A program made the translations under genes and the position numbers. The notes beneath the pieces were generated by a model that was not told where the DNA came from, ran no database searches, and was given only the letters and a program-made list of their open reading frames with translations. Positions 14,691-28,348 of a stretch of 64,000 nucleotides of DNA are shown here, one piece after another; within the stretch, counting starts at the first letter, position 1, and each line of letters starts with the position of its first letter. Origin of the DNA: Octopus vulgaris (lineage: Eukaryota); assembly GCA_951406725.2 (NCBI GenBank), contig OX597822.1, positions 109,926,001 through 109,990,000 of the forward strand, written 5' to 3'.

Positions 14691-14699
14691 CTAACACGA

Positions 14700-15035
14700 A
14701 GGTGCACGTGATTGTGTATGTGAGAACGTTGTATGTGCGTGTGGATGGGGGCTAGTGACATTGACGTGTGCGTGTGTGCATGTGTAGGTGTGTGGATGAT
14801 GGTGTAGGTGGTGGGGAGTGGTCAGTGCTACTGTGCGGGGTGGTGTGATGTGGTGCGGAGTGGTATAGTGATGTGTGGTGTGGTGGTGTGGTGTTGGGGT
14901 ATGTGGTGTGTAGTGTGGTGGTGTGTGGTGTGGTGGCGTGGTTGTGTGTGGTGTGGTGTGATGGTTTTGGGGTGTGAGGGAGGCGGAGTGAGGGAAACAA
15001 GGGTGGGGTCTAAGGGATGAGGTGGGGGTAGGATG
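14700..15035. repeat. GT/GGT-rich low-complexity tract
   Basis: Direct reading. Confidence 0.85.
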
Positions 15036-15059
15036 GGATATAAAAATACATAATATATA

Positions 15060-15303
15060 CCATACACACGCATCTACGTGTATAAACATGGAAACATGAA
15101 CATACACGATCGCAAAAGTATTAAACATACTTTTGTATCTAAATACAAATGTTATATAATTAATTAACCTCTCACCAAGATGAACACATACATGAGAACC
15201 AATATAATAACTTAGGAAGAAAACACACAGACACACATATGTACAAGTATATATAAACACGCGCGCCCAATAATACATAAACAAAGGCATCCATACTTGC
15301 TTG

Positions 15304-15383
<80 letters not shown>

Positions 15384-15610
15384 ACACACACCTATACACG
15401 CATGAACATGGGAACATGGATTTATTATAGTTTATTTCACCTTCGTACATTCTATTTTATTTACTCCATTTTATTTTATTTCTACTTTATTTACTATATA
15501 TTTATTCAATTTTTACTCATTTGTCTATTAATTTCATTTATTACCTTATTTTTAATTTTGTATTTTTATTTCATTTTTATCTTAGCTTTATTTTATTTCT
15601 ACTCGTATAT
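15060..15610 (-). repeat. Inverted copy of 5390-6360 lacking the SINE
   Basis: See partner. Confidence 0.85.
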
Positions 15611-15722
15611 AAATTAATCTATATACCTAAAGAAGTAAATTGGAAAGGAACATATACATCAATGCACATACATATTGACATATGTACTTGTTGCGTGTGT
15701 GTGTGTGTATGAGTTTGTATAT

Positions 15723-15772
<50 letters not shown>

Positions 15773-16098
15773 TTGTGAAGATGTTCGTGTTGTATATACA
15801 AACACACACGCACAAACGTATGAAGTTTGTTTCACTTCCACTTTAATTTATTCCATAAGCATAAATTTTGTTTTTATTTTACGTTACTTTATTTTATTCA
15901 TTATATTACCTTCTGCGTACATAATATAACCCACCATTCATGATGATGATGGTGATTTTTATTGAATTGAAATAAAATGAATAATTTTAAGAGATGCGTA
16001 CACGCACACACACATGTATACATGTACACATATTAAGCTTGTATGTATATTCTGTGCATTCCATATGTAACCTAATGTAATCAATATTGTCCCCTGAA

Positions 16099-16201
16099 CA
16101 CCCTGATGATTTTCTTTATAAGATATTTAAAATAAAAAATTATATATTTATATATATTTTGCAATTTTAATTTTGTTTTTGAAATGTAACAATCGTTGGT
16201 G
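16099..16201 (+). ncRNA. Decayed hammerhead-like motif with long AT-rich stem II
   Basis: cacc CTGATGA ttttc...gaaat GTAAC aatc GTT ggtg; 4-bp stem I cacc/ggtg. Confidence 0.45.
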
Positions 16202-16391
16202 AATACGTTGATTAATTAATGAATTAATTTGTATCAATTACATTCTTCTGTTTTCTAATTCGATTAAAATGTTTGATATTTTACGATATTCTATATGATA
16301 TTGTAATTGAAGTATCAACTCTTTAATATTTAATATATTAAACCAGTGTATCTTGGAGGAATATCCTTAAAAGAGTTTTAAATATCCCCAT

Positions 16392-16422
<31 letters not shown>

Positions 16423-16629
16423 TCATTATATTTTCGAATACGGATAATGAATTATCTAAACATTTGCTTCAGCTGTGCTGGGATTAAAAGTCGAGCTATA
16501 CAACCTGTCCGAGAAACATTTACTCATATTTAAAACTCTTCCTAAAGAATATTGGTTCAGGTAATATTATCAACATTTTACATAGAGATTTGCATATGTC
16601 TTTTGTTCATGAGTCTATTGTTTGTTTCG

Positions 16630-17030
16630 TCTGCAACAGGTCTGCAAACAAACATGGCGTTGAAGGCAAAACGTGACCAGATTTTCGCTTTGAAAACAGC
16701 GAACCAATTCCTGGTAAGAAACGAGCAATTCGTACCAAGCAAAATTTTGAAGTTTTGAAGCAGTGAATGAACCGAAATCCCTGCAGAAGTGCAAGAAAAA
16801 CTGCAAAAGTTTCAGAAATTTCAAAATCGTCAATGCACAGGATTTTCAAAGAGGATTTAAAGTTAACTACATACAAGAAACAATCCCGGCAGATAATTTC
16901 GGCAGATTCTAAGAAGAAACGGCCCGGCAGGTGTAAAACCATGTCAGCTGAATGTTGATCTGGTCTGACGAGAAGATCTTCACCATGGAGGTTGTTACCA
17001 ACAGGCATTACGACAGGCTTTATGTACTTC
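16630..17030 (+). mobile_element. Tc1/mariner-superfamily transposase fragment (maT/DD37D-like)
   Basis: RNPCRSARKTAKVSEISKSSMHRIFKEDLKLTTYK HTH; IWSDEKIFTME at ~16957-16989. Confidence 0.8.
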
Positions 17031-17159
17031 CTGGAGACTTACAATAAGACTTTAATGAGTTGGATACTCCCTCTACAAGTAGTGAACTCAGATGGAATTT
17101 ATATCCTGCCCATCACCGTGTAGCAGCATGCAAAACACACCCTATTTCTCTTCTAAACA

Positions 17160-17520
17160 CAAAGTTCTTGACCAATATGAAGCTGCAGGCTGAAGTTACA
17201 GCTGCGCTCCAAGAGAAATCAATTGAAAAGAATTACATAGGTTTATTTGAGGGCAATATCAAGGGACGGTTCATCAATAAGAGTAATGCAACTAAGTTGG
17301 CTAGCCACTTAAGGAATTTGAAGAGCAGCTCCACACCACACACAATTAAGCGGAGAATAGGGGGGAAATCCATGTCATATGGTAATGGCTCTAAGAAATG
17401 CAACTTATGTGTAGCAGAAGATCTCATATTCATCTTAGATCCAGCAATTCCAATACACTGCTTAATTCGAGATCTGAAAGTTTAGCAGGTGTAGAGACAA
17501 GGAGGGGTTTCTTTTATTGG
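17160..17520 (+). mobile_element. Penelope-like GIY-YIG endonuclease remnant
   Basis: QAEV...NYIGLFEGNIKGRF...NATKLASHLRNLK...GSKKCNLCVAE. Confidence 0.8.
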
Positions 17521-17778
17521 ATTAGAGGACAGCACCCGCTACGGACTGAGTTGCTGTCTCACTGACTTTGACATGTTTTCTGTTATTTTGTTCTGAACCA
17601 GTTGTATTTAATGAGCTTTCTTCAACCAGGGAGGTTGAGGATGAGAGTTTTCTTGATGTCGTTCTCTTTTTTCTACTTTCACTTTTTTCACCAACTTCGT
17701 CACGTTTCTTTTTCACGCTTTTTCTTATCTTCTTACTGTCCAGCGTCCTTGCTTTTAAAATATGCAGAACTCATAAAT

Positions 17779-17868
17779 AGAGCCTGAAAGATTGCTTTAA
17801 TATACATGGCATATTTTGTAAATATGACTGTTCAAGTATTATAAAAGCATGAAATTATCTGTTGCTCT
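17779..17868 (+). ncRNA. Decayed hammerhead-like motif downstream of the Penelope ORF
   Basis: agagc CTGAAAGA t-tgcttt...aaagca-t GAAAT tatct GTT gctct; 5-bp stem I. Confidence 0.5.
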
Positions 17869-18040
17869 TTCGGTTGTGTATCTAAATTAATATTTATTTC
17901 TCACTAGAAGAAATACGCTTTTCTTTTTATAATCTTTAAACTATATATGTATATGTATATACATACACACACATACACACACGCATACACATACACACAC
18001 ACTCACACACACACACACACACGCACACACACACACATAT

Positions 18041-18255
18041 ATAGTTGATCCAAACATGAAAACACAAAGAGAAAACACAACAACGCGAGGCCGTGGAACA
18101 AGTATAGAGTTATTGGACGCTCAAGAAAGGAAAGAAAGAAGGAGGGTTTAACGTTTCAAGCGGAGCTCTTCGTCAGAAACATAGGAAAAGGAAAGATCCA
18201 GAGAAGGGAAGACGGAGGAAAAAAAGTCGCCAACGATACACACGCGGTCACATAT
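18041..18255 (-). mobile_element. Short hammerhead-bearing repeat between microsatellites
   Basis: Minus strand gttt CTGACGA agagc-tcc-gctt GAAAC GTT aaac (18146-18180); same family as 58214-58422. Confidence 0.8.
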
Positions 18256-18278
18256 TGAATATCTATATATATATATAC

Positions 18279-18332
<54 letters not shown>

Positions 18333-20026
18333 CCAGCCGACAACTGATTAAAGGTCGTTCTCTGTATTCTTTGTATTACGTGTTCTGTTTTCCATTTTCT
18401 CTCATTGTTTGCATATTTCACTCATTTGTTTTCGTATTTCATGTACTTTACTGTTGGTGACGTCCTGTAGCAATATATGCATATATATATATGTACCATC
18501 TCCCCGTTTTTTTTCTGTCCTTGTTTTCGTATATATTCGCTGCTTACTTCTCAGGAATCTAGTGCTCTTAGCTTAATTTGTCCCTGGGGCTGGCCAGATT
18601 GCAGCAATCTCGAGTATAACCAGGTGAAATTGCAAAGATAATCTGGAACTCATGTGTGTATGCATACATACATGCACATATTCTATTTTAGAATTTGCAA
18701 TGAAGGCTTGTGTGAATGTATTATTTTTCTATCATCTTATATACGTTTGTGAAAGTATTTTGATGGGTGTTCCTACCTTTTCACTGTTTGCTCTGTCAAG
18801 AGTGATAGATTTTCGTTATGCTCTATACCTGTTGTTCTGTTGCAGTTTGCTCATTATGTTTCTACGCATCAGATATTGATAATTATATGAACAGTTCAAA
18901 CGTGACCTACTCTTGGCCCTTCTAAGATTATTTCGCACAGTCGTTCATTTCGGAATAATTGAGATGAATCTAATAACGATATGACTTCTATCGAGTCACT
19001 GCTTGCTGGTTACTGGAGAAATATTGTGTGTCTATATATTGATATAACATTCTTTCCCACTCCAACAGGAAAATAATGCTAGGGAGAAAGCATTACTACC
19101 TCACATTCATAAGTGTACACTAATCCACATGGGCATTTGAGAACAAGCATATTTTTAAAGATGCTTGCTTTTATACGGAATGGTTTTGTAGTGAGTTTCT
19201 TCTAGATATTATGTATTACCTTACAGCATTTATTTTCCCTACATGGAACATTGATAAAAACACAAGGTCTTCTACGTTCAAACTAGATAGGTTATGTATT
19301 AGCTGAGAAACGTTCAAGAAAAGCATTCCATAAATTTAAAGAGTTCATCTCTCTCTAAAGTATAACTTTATAATGTCTACAAGCCACCGCACGATCAGCC
19401 GTGAAAGTGTCTTTTTACAGTGTTTTAGATAAGCATGCAAAGCCTGTGCTCCCAAAACTGGTGTATTCTTTTATATTTTACTCGGCATTGATGTAGCACT
19501 ACTGAAATTACGCAGAGGGTAATATTTAGCCGTGTAGGTAATATTTCAACGTTTTGCATTCTTTTACGACCATTGTTTGAATCGGTACAAATTTAGTGTT
19601 TTCTGGTTAAAACGTTTGCCAACAATGGCAAATTTGGAAGGCCTTTTTTTTTCGTACATTGTACACATTTCTGTCTGTGTAAGTGTATGCTTTTGTATAT
19701 GTCTCTACCTTCTTGTGTTACTTCTCTTAAAATATTCCTTCATATTAATAAGAGTACAAATGCCTGATCTATATTGATTACAATACTAATATCAGTTAGT
19801 TCTCGAAGAATTCACCTTTGGCGCAAATTTATTGTAGATCAGAGATACAATACTAAATAATTTTTGACGGGAGGTGAATTCATTATATTTGACGCTGTTC
19901 CTCTAAGGAGCTTTGCATTATTAATTAACGTAATTCAAAATCCGGGTCGAAACTGCATATCAACTTACATCTCACTTCAATAAACTATTGCCATACAAAA
20001 TTACAGGGCACAGAGAAAAAAGATAC

Positions 20027-20258
20027 TATTTCTTTACTACCCACAAAAGGCTAACACAGAGGGGACAAACAAGGACAAACAAACGGATTAAGCCGATTAC
20101 ATCGAACCCAGTGCATGACTGGTACTTAATTTATCGACCCCGAAAGGATGAAAGGCAAAGTCGACCTCGGCGGAATTTGAACTCAGAACGTAACGGCAGA
20201 CGAAATACCGCTAAGCATTTCGCCCGGCGTGCTTACAATTCTGCCAGCGCGCCGCCTT
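20027..20258 (-). mobile_element. SINE family B with ~20-bp TSD
   Basis: Flanked by gggcacagagaaaaa(a)gatac at ~20006 and 20261. Confidence 0.9.
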
Positions 20259-20947
20259 CTGGGCACAGAGAAAAAGATACACCTACACACACAAACACGC
20301 ACACACACAAACACGCACACATACAAAAAGCGTGCGCACAGACCATGCTGATACATATGAACACACATGCATACGCACTCACACTAAGTTATGCCGTGTG
20401 ATTAAATTAATGGCAACTGTAATCTTTCGAGTATTATTTTATTCTGTGCCTGGAGTGTGATTACTCTAAGCCCTGCAGCCATAAGCAGTTTTCTTATACG
20501 TGTTGTTTGCCCAACAAACAATTGATTGTAGCACTATGTCGTGGTAGTTGATCTAATGTAGTTCATACACAGAATTGTTTATAAATTTACATAGCTTATT
20601 ATGTATATTCATTACCATTTCCACACTCATTCACTGCCTCCAGTGAAAATTGCTGAGAAGTAATCTAGAATACATTTAAAATTGCTTCAAAAATTGTATT
20701 AGCAAATATACGTCAGCATCACATTTACTATTTTGTACTTTGCGTTTTATGTTCTGCCAATATGTTCTGACCAAATTAATAATCTATAATTGATCATATT
20801 GATTTTCCTATATGGTGATAACGTCTCAGATGTTGACGAGTGAGCAAAAATCAGATTGTAATAGATGTTTTTCCTAGATCGGTAGCTCAATTCTCTTAGC
20901 GCCACCATAGATTTGCCTTACAACAGTCGTCACACTTACTCTACTAA

Positions 20948-21399
20948 TGTTGTTGTTGTTGTTTTTGTTGCTGTTGATGATGATGATGACGATGATGACG
21001 ATGATGATTCAACTAATAATGATAATAAGAAGAGTGGTGATGACGATGATGATGATGATGAGGAGGAGGAGGAGAAGGAGAAGGAGGAGAGCGGGTTTGG
21101 TGGTTGTGATGCTGATGGTAAGAAGAAGAAATAGTAGTAATAGCAGTAGCAGCAGTAGGATCATCATCCTCAGCTGCAGCAGCAGAGCAGCAGTAGCAGT
21201 AGAAGAAGAAGAAAAAGAAGAAGAAGAAGAAGAAGAAGAAGGAGGAGGAGGAGGAGGAGGAGGAGGAGAAGGAGAAGAAGGAGAAGAAGAAGAGGAAGAA
21301 GGAGGAGGAGGCGGAGGAGGAGAAGAAGAAAAAGAAGAAGAAGAAGAAAAAGAAGAAGAAGATGATCATGAAGAAGAAGAAGAAGAAGATGATCATGAA

Positions 21400-21434
<35 letters not shown>

Positions 21435-21480
21435 AGAAGAAGAAGAAGAAGAAGAAGAAGAAGAAGAAGAAGAAGAAGAA
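20948..21480. repeat. Compound trinucleotide repeat (GTT/GAT/GAG/GAA)
   Basis: Direct reading. Confidence 0.95.
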
Positions 21481-21944
21481 TGAACGATAAATGAATGAAT
21501 ATACGAGTGAGCTTCCCCAGAAGATCCATGGGTAAAAATATCACTGATTCAATCACCCGAGTCTTTCAATAATTCCATTAAAATCGTAAAGGTTTACATG
21601 TAAAATAATTTAAGTTAATTACTGAATAATTAATATTATCTTCACGGTTTTTAAAAATAAGTTTCGTATATGCACTGGGTATAATCAATTGCATCAACTA
21701 CTCCACTTCTCTTCCTTTTCTAACATCGGAACAAGATCACAGGTGTGGATGCAGGTGGAGCGAAAATGCTGGTCCTTACTGACATGGGATTGATGTCCTT
21801 CCCACTGAAATATAACGCTGAAATGCTGACCATGAAGGTTCCTAACTAAAAACTGTCATGCATGTTTCGGTACAGTTGTAGTTCCTCCATCCACCCATCC
21901 ACCCATCCAGCATTATCTGTTGTTTTTACGTTACCTTTTGTCTT

Positions 21945-22140
21945 TTATATTTTACTTGTTTCAGCTGCCATGCTGGAAAACCAATATAAAAAATTTTTAG
22001 TCGAATGTATTTGTTTTTTAAAAGCCTGGTACTTATTCCATCGGTCTCTTTTGCACAGAACCACTAAATTACGGGACCGTAAACACAACAGCACCTGTTG
22101 TCAAGCGGTGGGGGTGGGACTAACACAGACACAAACACAC
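21945..22140 (-). mobile_element. SINE family A 3' half (5' half at 23540-23672)
   Basis: tacttattccatcggtctcttttgc...gtcaagcg; separated from its other half by the CR1-like LINE. Confidence 0.7.
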
Positions 22141-22171
22141 ACACATACACAACCACTCACACATGTACACA

Positions 22172-23382
22172 CTGTTAATGGAAGAATTGGTGACGCGCAT
22201 TCTCGATGATGGTGATGCTGTTGACATCGTTTTATTGGACTTTGCCAAAGCTTTTGACTCGGTAAACCACCGCCTATTACTTGTCAAGCTTCAAGCATAT
22301 AGTTTCCATCCGGATATTGTACGATAGGTTGGTACTTTCCTCTCAGATCGCTTCTTCCAAGTCCAAGTTAATGGTTCGCTGTCCGACGTCTCCACTGCGA
22401 GCAGTGGCGTGCCTCAAGGTTCAGTGATTGGGCCCTTATTGTTCTTAGTCTTCATAAATGACTTGCCCGACGACCTCACGCAACACACCCTTCTATTTGC
22501 AGACGATGTCAAACTGGTCGCACCTCGCGGTGTTATAGAGGATCTTCGTCGATGCCTCCACCAAATTTGGAGATGGTCTAACGAATGGGACCTGTGTCTG
22601 AACGTGTCAAAGTGCTGTCATCTGCCTGTTGGCTCTCCTCCTGCAACTCAACTTGATTTTGAGCCGGGTCGTCTGCTGCTGGAGAGGACCGACCAGGTAA
22701 AGGACCTGGGTATCTTGGTGGATTCCTCCTTTTCGCCTTCGGCCCAGTGCGTCCATGCTGCCAACAAAGCACGCGGAGTTCTGTTCTTGATTCGACGGTC
22801 ATTCGAAATGCTCACAGCAGCCATATTCCTACCGCTTTAGGTCACGCTGGTGAGACCCATATTGGAGTACGGGATTCAAGCCTCTTCTCCTTATCTCCTC
22901 AAAGACATACAGCATCTCGAAAGAGTCCAGAAGCTGGCTACCTGCATGGTTCTTGGTCTCAAGAATTTGTCTTATGAAGAAAGGCTGAAAACGCTCGACC
23001 TTTATTCTCTAGAAAAACGACGACGCCGTGGTGATCTCATTCTTGCTCACAACATCATAAGCGGAAAGTGTAACCTCTCGAAAGAGCTGTTCTTCACTCC
23101 TGCTCCAGAGCGTTGGCTGCGGGGTCACTCCGAAAAGTTCTATCTGCGACGATTTCATCTCATTCGAAGGAGAGGGGCTTTCTTCGTCCGGGTTGCGGAA
23201 CCGTGGAATAAGCTGCCGGCGAGATAGTGAAGATGCCGACGACCGCTCGGTTCAAAGTCTCCCTTGACCACAAGTGGCCTGAACTCTTTACATGAACACC
23301 ACCCTGTACATAACTCCATGTACCCCTACATGGCCTTGCTTTTTGCTTTTTGAGCCCAAAATTAACTAACTAACTAACTAAC
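22172..23382 (+). mobile_element. CR1/L2-clade LINE, 5'-truncated RT with 3' end and (TAAC)n tail
   Basis: VDIVLLDFAKAFDSVNH, GVPQGSVIGPLLFLVFINDLP, LFADDVKL, RPILEYG, LERVQKLAT, SYEERL..L.LYSLEKRRRRGDLI; stops at ~22300, ~22326, 22838. Confidence 0.93.
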
Positions 23383-23459
23383 ACACCTAGATTCACATAC
23401 ACACACATACACCCATCCACACACACAATCACTCACACACACACAAACACTCACACACA

Positions 23460-23533
<74 letters not shown>

Positions 23534-23539
23534 CTTATA

Positions 23540-23672
23540 TATGACAGGCCTCTTTCAGTTTCCGTCTACAAAATCTTACTGACAAGGCTTTGGTCGGTCC
23601 AAGGTTAAAGCAGAAATCACTTGCCCAAGGTGCTGCGCTGTGGAACTGCATCCTAAACCACTTGATTGGGAA
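23540..23672 (-). mobile_element. SINE family A 5' half
   Basis: tttcagtttccgtctac...cacttgcccaaggtgc. Confidence 0.7.
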
Positions 23673-23994
23673 TCAGTTAGAATAATACCAATAATACTTG
23701 TGTCTGAAGCTATTGTCATCACAAATTACCTCTTACATAGCTCATATTTATCTCATCTTGTAAAACAGAACAGAAAAGTCGACTTCATCTAAAAAAGAAC
23801 GATGGAGTGTGAGGATCTAATCATAATGGGCATCGAATACGCACAATCCATTCTGTTACATATATTATGATAGGATACAAATATACAAGATGCTTTCCAG
23901 AAATTTAGAAACTTTTCAGGAGGGTCATTTATTTCATTGAAACACAAAACACTGATCCACCTCAGACTAGAATTCCATAAATACAATGCACGTG

Positions 23995-24790
23995 TTCTAA
24001 GTCCTCAAAAGTGAAAGTGTCCAGGATAATTGTCACAGCCTCCTTTATTTTCTCAATGTCATCGAACCGATTTCTCAGAGGGTCTCCTTAATCTTCGTAA
24101 ACAACCAAAAGTCACAGGGATAAAGTCCTGGATTGTAAGGAGGGTGAGGGATAATGTTGATGTCCGTCATTGTCAAGTAGCTGGTTTCCAGAATGGAACT
24201 GTAAACAGATGCATCGTCCTGGTGGAGGTGTTCTTGCCTTTTGCGACGAAATGTCTTACTGAAATTTCTCAAAACCTCTACAAAGTACTCCTTGTTGATA
24301 GTCTCGTCAGAGGAAACACAAAAAATGTAGATGATGCCCATGCTGTCGGGAAATGGGATCAAAATGAGCTTCTCAGTAGACTTACTTTGCTTCGCCTTTT
24401 GGGCCTGGGTACCAGAGTGCTTTCATTGGGTACCCTGTTCCTTGGGCACTGGTTCATAGCAGTAGATCCAGCTTTTGTCACAGGACATCAGAGATTCAAA
24501 CCCTCCGGCATTGGAGATAATGAGCTCAACTTTTCTTCCTTTTGTCACCAACGCGTCTTTTCTTCTGTTCGTCATGTTGTGCATATTCACATGTTCATAA
24601 ATAATTCCGTGTACAATTGCCAAACCACCTCCAAACTGTATGTCTATTGTCTTTATAGACACACGATGATCTTCGTCTACAAAACTGTGAAAAATTCTCA
24701 GCCAGATCTTATAGTTTGATATCCCTCTACGTACAACAACTCCCATCGTTTCTCAACTCCTCTATAGTGTCAATGAACGCCTTGTACAAG
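23995..24790 (-). mobile_element. Mariner (DD34D) transposase remnant
   Basis: MSCDKSWIYCYEP; FPDSMGII; HQDDAS...PHPPYNPGLYPCDFWLF (34-residue spacing). Confidence 0.88.
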
Positions 24791-26377
24791 TGAAAAGCAG
24801 GAGCTTGTTCTTTACATAAGCAGTCTGAAATATTTCATAACTAGACCAGTTTAATAGAAAACTTTATTGTATGGCGATCTTCTCATTGCCCTCAGCAAAC
24901 CAGTTAGCTTCGACAAGCTGTGTTTATGCTACTATGTGTTCAAAATGTTGTTACAGCCGTCTCCTTCAATCTGAAATAAAAAATAAATTAGTAAGCCACT
25001 TTATTACATGTCTAGTAACAATACAATAAATTTACAGCCATTCAGTAGACATGACCGCCTCTTCTAAAAATGTCTCAAACGTTCAGCATTGAACATCGCA
25101 GACGAATTGACTTTAGAGTGGAGAAATTACGAAGTTCTTAAAGTATCATTGCTTTTCCATCACAGCGAGTCGGGTGTACTGTAAGATTCTCATATATGTA
25201 GAATTATGGTAAAACCATCATCTCAGATCAGAGAAAGAAGCTTGTGAGTTGCTCTTAGTCATTCGCTCACATAACACCGTGCAATAGTTTTTCATGATCA
25301 GATTTGAACTAGGATGCAATATCAGTGATTTGTCTGTGGTTACTTTGAAAAGCAATGTACCATGGTATGCTGTGTCAAAAAAGACACGCTTTGAGACAAG
25401 CGAGAAACTGCACGAATAATGCATCCCTCTGTTATAAACATTTAGAAATGTAAAGAGTTTGTTTCGATGACATGAAGTGGTTACACACTAAACATCAAAG
25501 TCAGTAACATGTAACCATAACCACACCTACATGCACATACATCTCTAGATTTCATGTCTGTTAATCATAAACTCAGATAAAGTATTCGTACATCGTAATT
25601 AATTACGCAACGTGATTATATTTACATAATGGCAGTGTAGTGCAATGTGCAGCAGAGCCGGTATTTTGATCCCTTTTCAAACATACCCAATGGAGAACTT
25701 GTTGTGGATTGCTTAGTTAAAAGGAAAATTTCGTATAATATTGTGTGACATGTCAGGCCTTTAGATAAAAATAAATGCGGACAAATAGCAAATATCAACA
25801 CACGATTTTGCATGAAGAATCTTGCAAAACAAATGGAAAAACAAATTACTGTAATCACAGTATCTACTAACCTATACAACTTTATTCAAAACTAAACAAC
25901 TAATAAATTCATTTCCTTATCAGTACCCTTAATGACAAGAAGGGCTCATCTTTCGTCATTACTCTACCCACTCGAAAGAACAGACTTGTAATCTTACCCT
26001 ACAGTGGTATAAAAAGACAAACTCGCTAGATTTTCTGTTGGTTCATGCCTGGAATACTTTCGATTATTGATCTGGTCGATTTGAGTTTAATTGGACTTAT
26101 GTTTTAAACGGTAAAATTACTTTGATACGTAATCCAACATTTACATTGTTTAAAAGTGCTTCACAAAGTATTGCTTTCATCCACCAATCTATTTGTTCTC
26201 CACACGAACAGGAAATTCTCAAATATTAAGTAGATGACACAGTCAGTTAAGAGACCGACAGATATGTTTGTAACCATATATGTTTATATCTTTATACGCA
26301 TACTGAAGATGTAAAGGAACAGGGGTATAATTATATCTCAAAATTATGTATTATTCCTAATGATAAAGTAAGATGTG

Positions 26378-26696
26378 AAGACGCGTGGCTTAGTGGTTAG
26401 GGCATTCGGCTCACAATCGTAAGGTCGTGAGTTCAAATCCCGGCGACGCGTTGTGTCCTTGAACAAGACACTTTATTTCCACGTTGCTCCAGTTCACTCA
26501 GCTGGCAAAAAGGAATAGTACCTGTATTTCAAAAGGCTAGTCTTGTCACTCTGTGTCACGCTAAATCTCCCTGAGAACTACGTTACGGGTGCACGTGTCT
26601 GCGGAGTGCTCAGCCACTTGCACGTTAATTTCACGAGCAAGCTGTTCCGTCGATCGTATCAGCTGAAATCCTCGTCGCCGTAACCGACGGAGTGCA
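26378..26696 (+). mobile_element. SINE family C (tRNA-like head, CAC at the anticodon position)
   Basis: A box tggcttagtgg, B box gagttcaaatcc, gttgtgtccttgaacaagacactt body; tail shared with 36672-36852. Confidence 0.85.
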
Positions 26697-27230
26697 CCTC
26701 CTAGTAAGATTTGAATACAGGTGACCAGATATTTGCCTAATTTGAATATGCTTCTGCTGGTTCCAGTTCTAAAATTCCTATTACTTGGTTATATCCATAT
26801 CTAAGGAACTGATTGAACTTTCAGCAGTATAAACACTAGCACAACTAATCATATCTTACAAATATGAGTGTAACAATGTTACAGAAACTGAGAAACGTTT
26901 GCCCTTTACTTGATGCTGGCTGTTCTATTCATATCCCCTGAACATTCAATTAAATGCATTGACTATATGGCATTTGCATCTACTATTTCGCATTTATAAT
27001 TTTTCTTCTTTGTTTTATCGACACTTCTACATGAAGAAAGCGGATCGACGATAGCTGCCTGTGTCAGAAGTAAGTGTTTTCTTTCACTATCATTTCTCTT
27101 GAGTTTTGTGAATATAATAACGCTGTTAATTTTCAAAGTTTCTACTCGTGTAAACTTTCTAACAACGCGTACTGATAGAAGATTTTTTTGTAATAAATTC
27201 ATAATTTATAGAAAGTTCATACAAGTTTAT

Positions 27231-27576
27231 AGGAGTGGCTGTGTGGTAAGTAGCTTTCTTACGAACCACATGTTTTCCGTGGCATCTTGAGCAAGTGTCT
27301 TCTACTATAGCCTCGGGCCGACCGACACACACATATATATATGTGTGTGTGTGTGTGTATGTGTGTGTGTATATGTTTGTGTGTCTGTGTTTGTCACCCC
27401 ATCATCGCTTGACAACCGATGCTGTTGTGTTTACGTCCCCGTAACTTAGCGGTTCGGCAAAAGAGACCGATAGAATAAGTACTAGGCTTACAAAGAATAA
27501 GTCCTGGGGTCGATTTGCACGACTAAAGGCGGTGCTCCAGCACGGCCACAATCAAATGACTGAAACAAGTAAAAGA
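27231..27576 (+). mobile_element. SINE family A with internal deletions
   Basis: Matches 5866-6278. Confidence 0.88.
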
Positions 27577-27860
27577 ACAATGTTGGAAATTCTTTCCTGG
27601 TAGTAATTACAGACACAGGAAACCGTATCGGATCTAAAATATAGTAAGTTTCCTGAAGAGAGCTAAATGATTTCTAGTTTTTACAATCGAAACTGCAAAA
27701 GTGCATACGCTCTCACAATATCATCTATTTAAAAATAGAATGTATTTATTAATCTAACACGTGGTGTGTTTTCGGGTTTTTGCCCGAGAATATTGTCCCT
27801 GTGGTCAATCATACACACACACATACCCATACACGCACCCATACATATAAAATATATATA

Positions 27861-28348
27861 TCACCTTGATCACCTTGACCGACCAGTCCGTCGGGCGTCC
27901 ATTTGACACCGCTGGTCACAGCACGCGGTTCACTCCTCTCTGGATCGCGCCTTTCTCATCCACGTGATCCCAATCGTCCTCCTGAAATCATAAATCCACA
28001 GTCGTCGAGGCCTTCCGGGTGGTCGTTTCCGCTCGCGCGGGTACCACTCGACAACTGCGCGGGTCCACCGATTATCGGTGAGCCGGGCGACGTGTCCAGC
28101 CCATCTATACTTGCTGCGAGTATACTCTGCGATGACATCTCTCACGCCGGACTTCTTTCTGATGATCTCGCTACTGATGTGCTCTCTCAACGAGATACCA
28201 AGCATTGACCTTTCCATGGCTCTTTGAGCCTTTACCAGTATTTGCTCTTCTCTCTTTGTGGTAGCCCATGTTTCACTACCATACAACATTGCAGGTAGAA
28301 CTGTACTGTTGATGAGGTTGGCACGGGTGGTCCTGTCCAACCTTCCCA
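27861..28348 (-). mobile_element. RTE-clade LINE 3' fragment
   Basis: STVLPAMLYGSETW, AQRAMERSMLGISL, RWAGHVAR, RPPGRPRRLW; tail (caaggtgat)2. Confidence 0.9.

Noticed and set aside
18330-18650. Further hammerhead candidate (caactgattaaagg)
   Set aside because: No matching GAAAC/GUH/stem I could be assembled
20947-21483. Acidic poly-Glu ORF
   Set aside because: Compound trinucleotide repeat with no unique coding context
24030-24719. 229-aa plus-strand ORF
   Set aside because: Antisense shadow of the minus-strand mariner transposase
26378-26452. tRNA-Val-like gene
   Set aside because: Imperfect stems, and it runs directly into a SINE body; it is a SINE head
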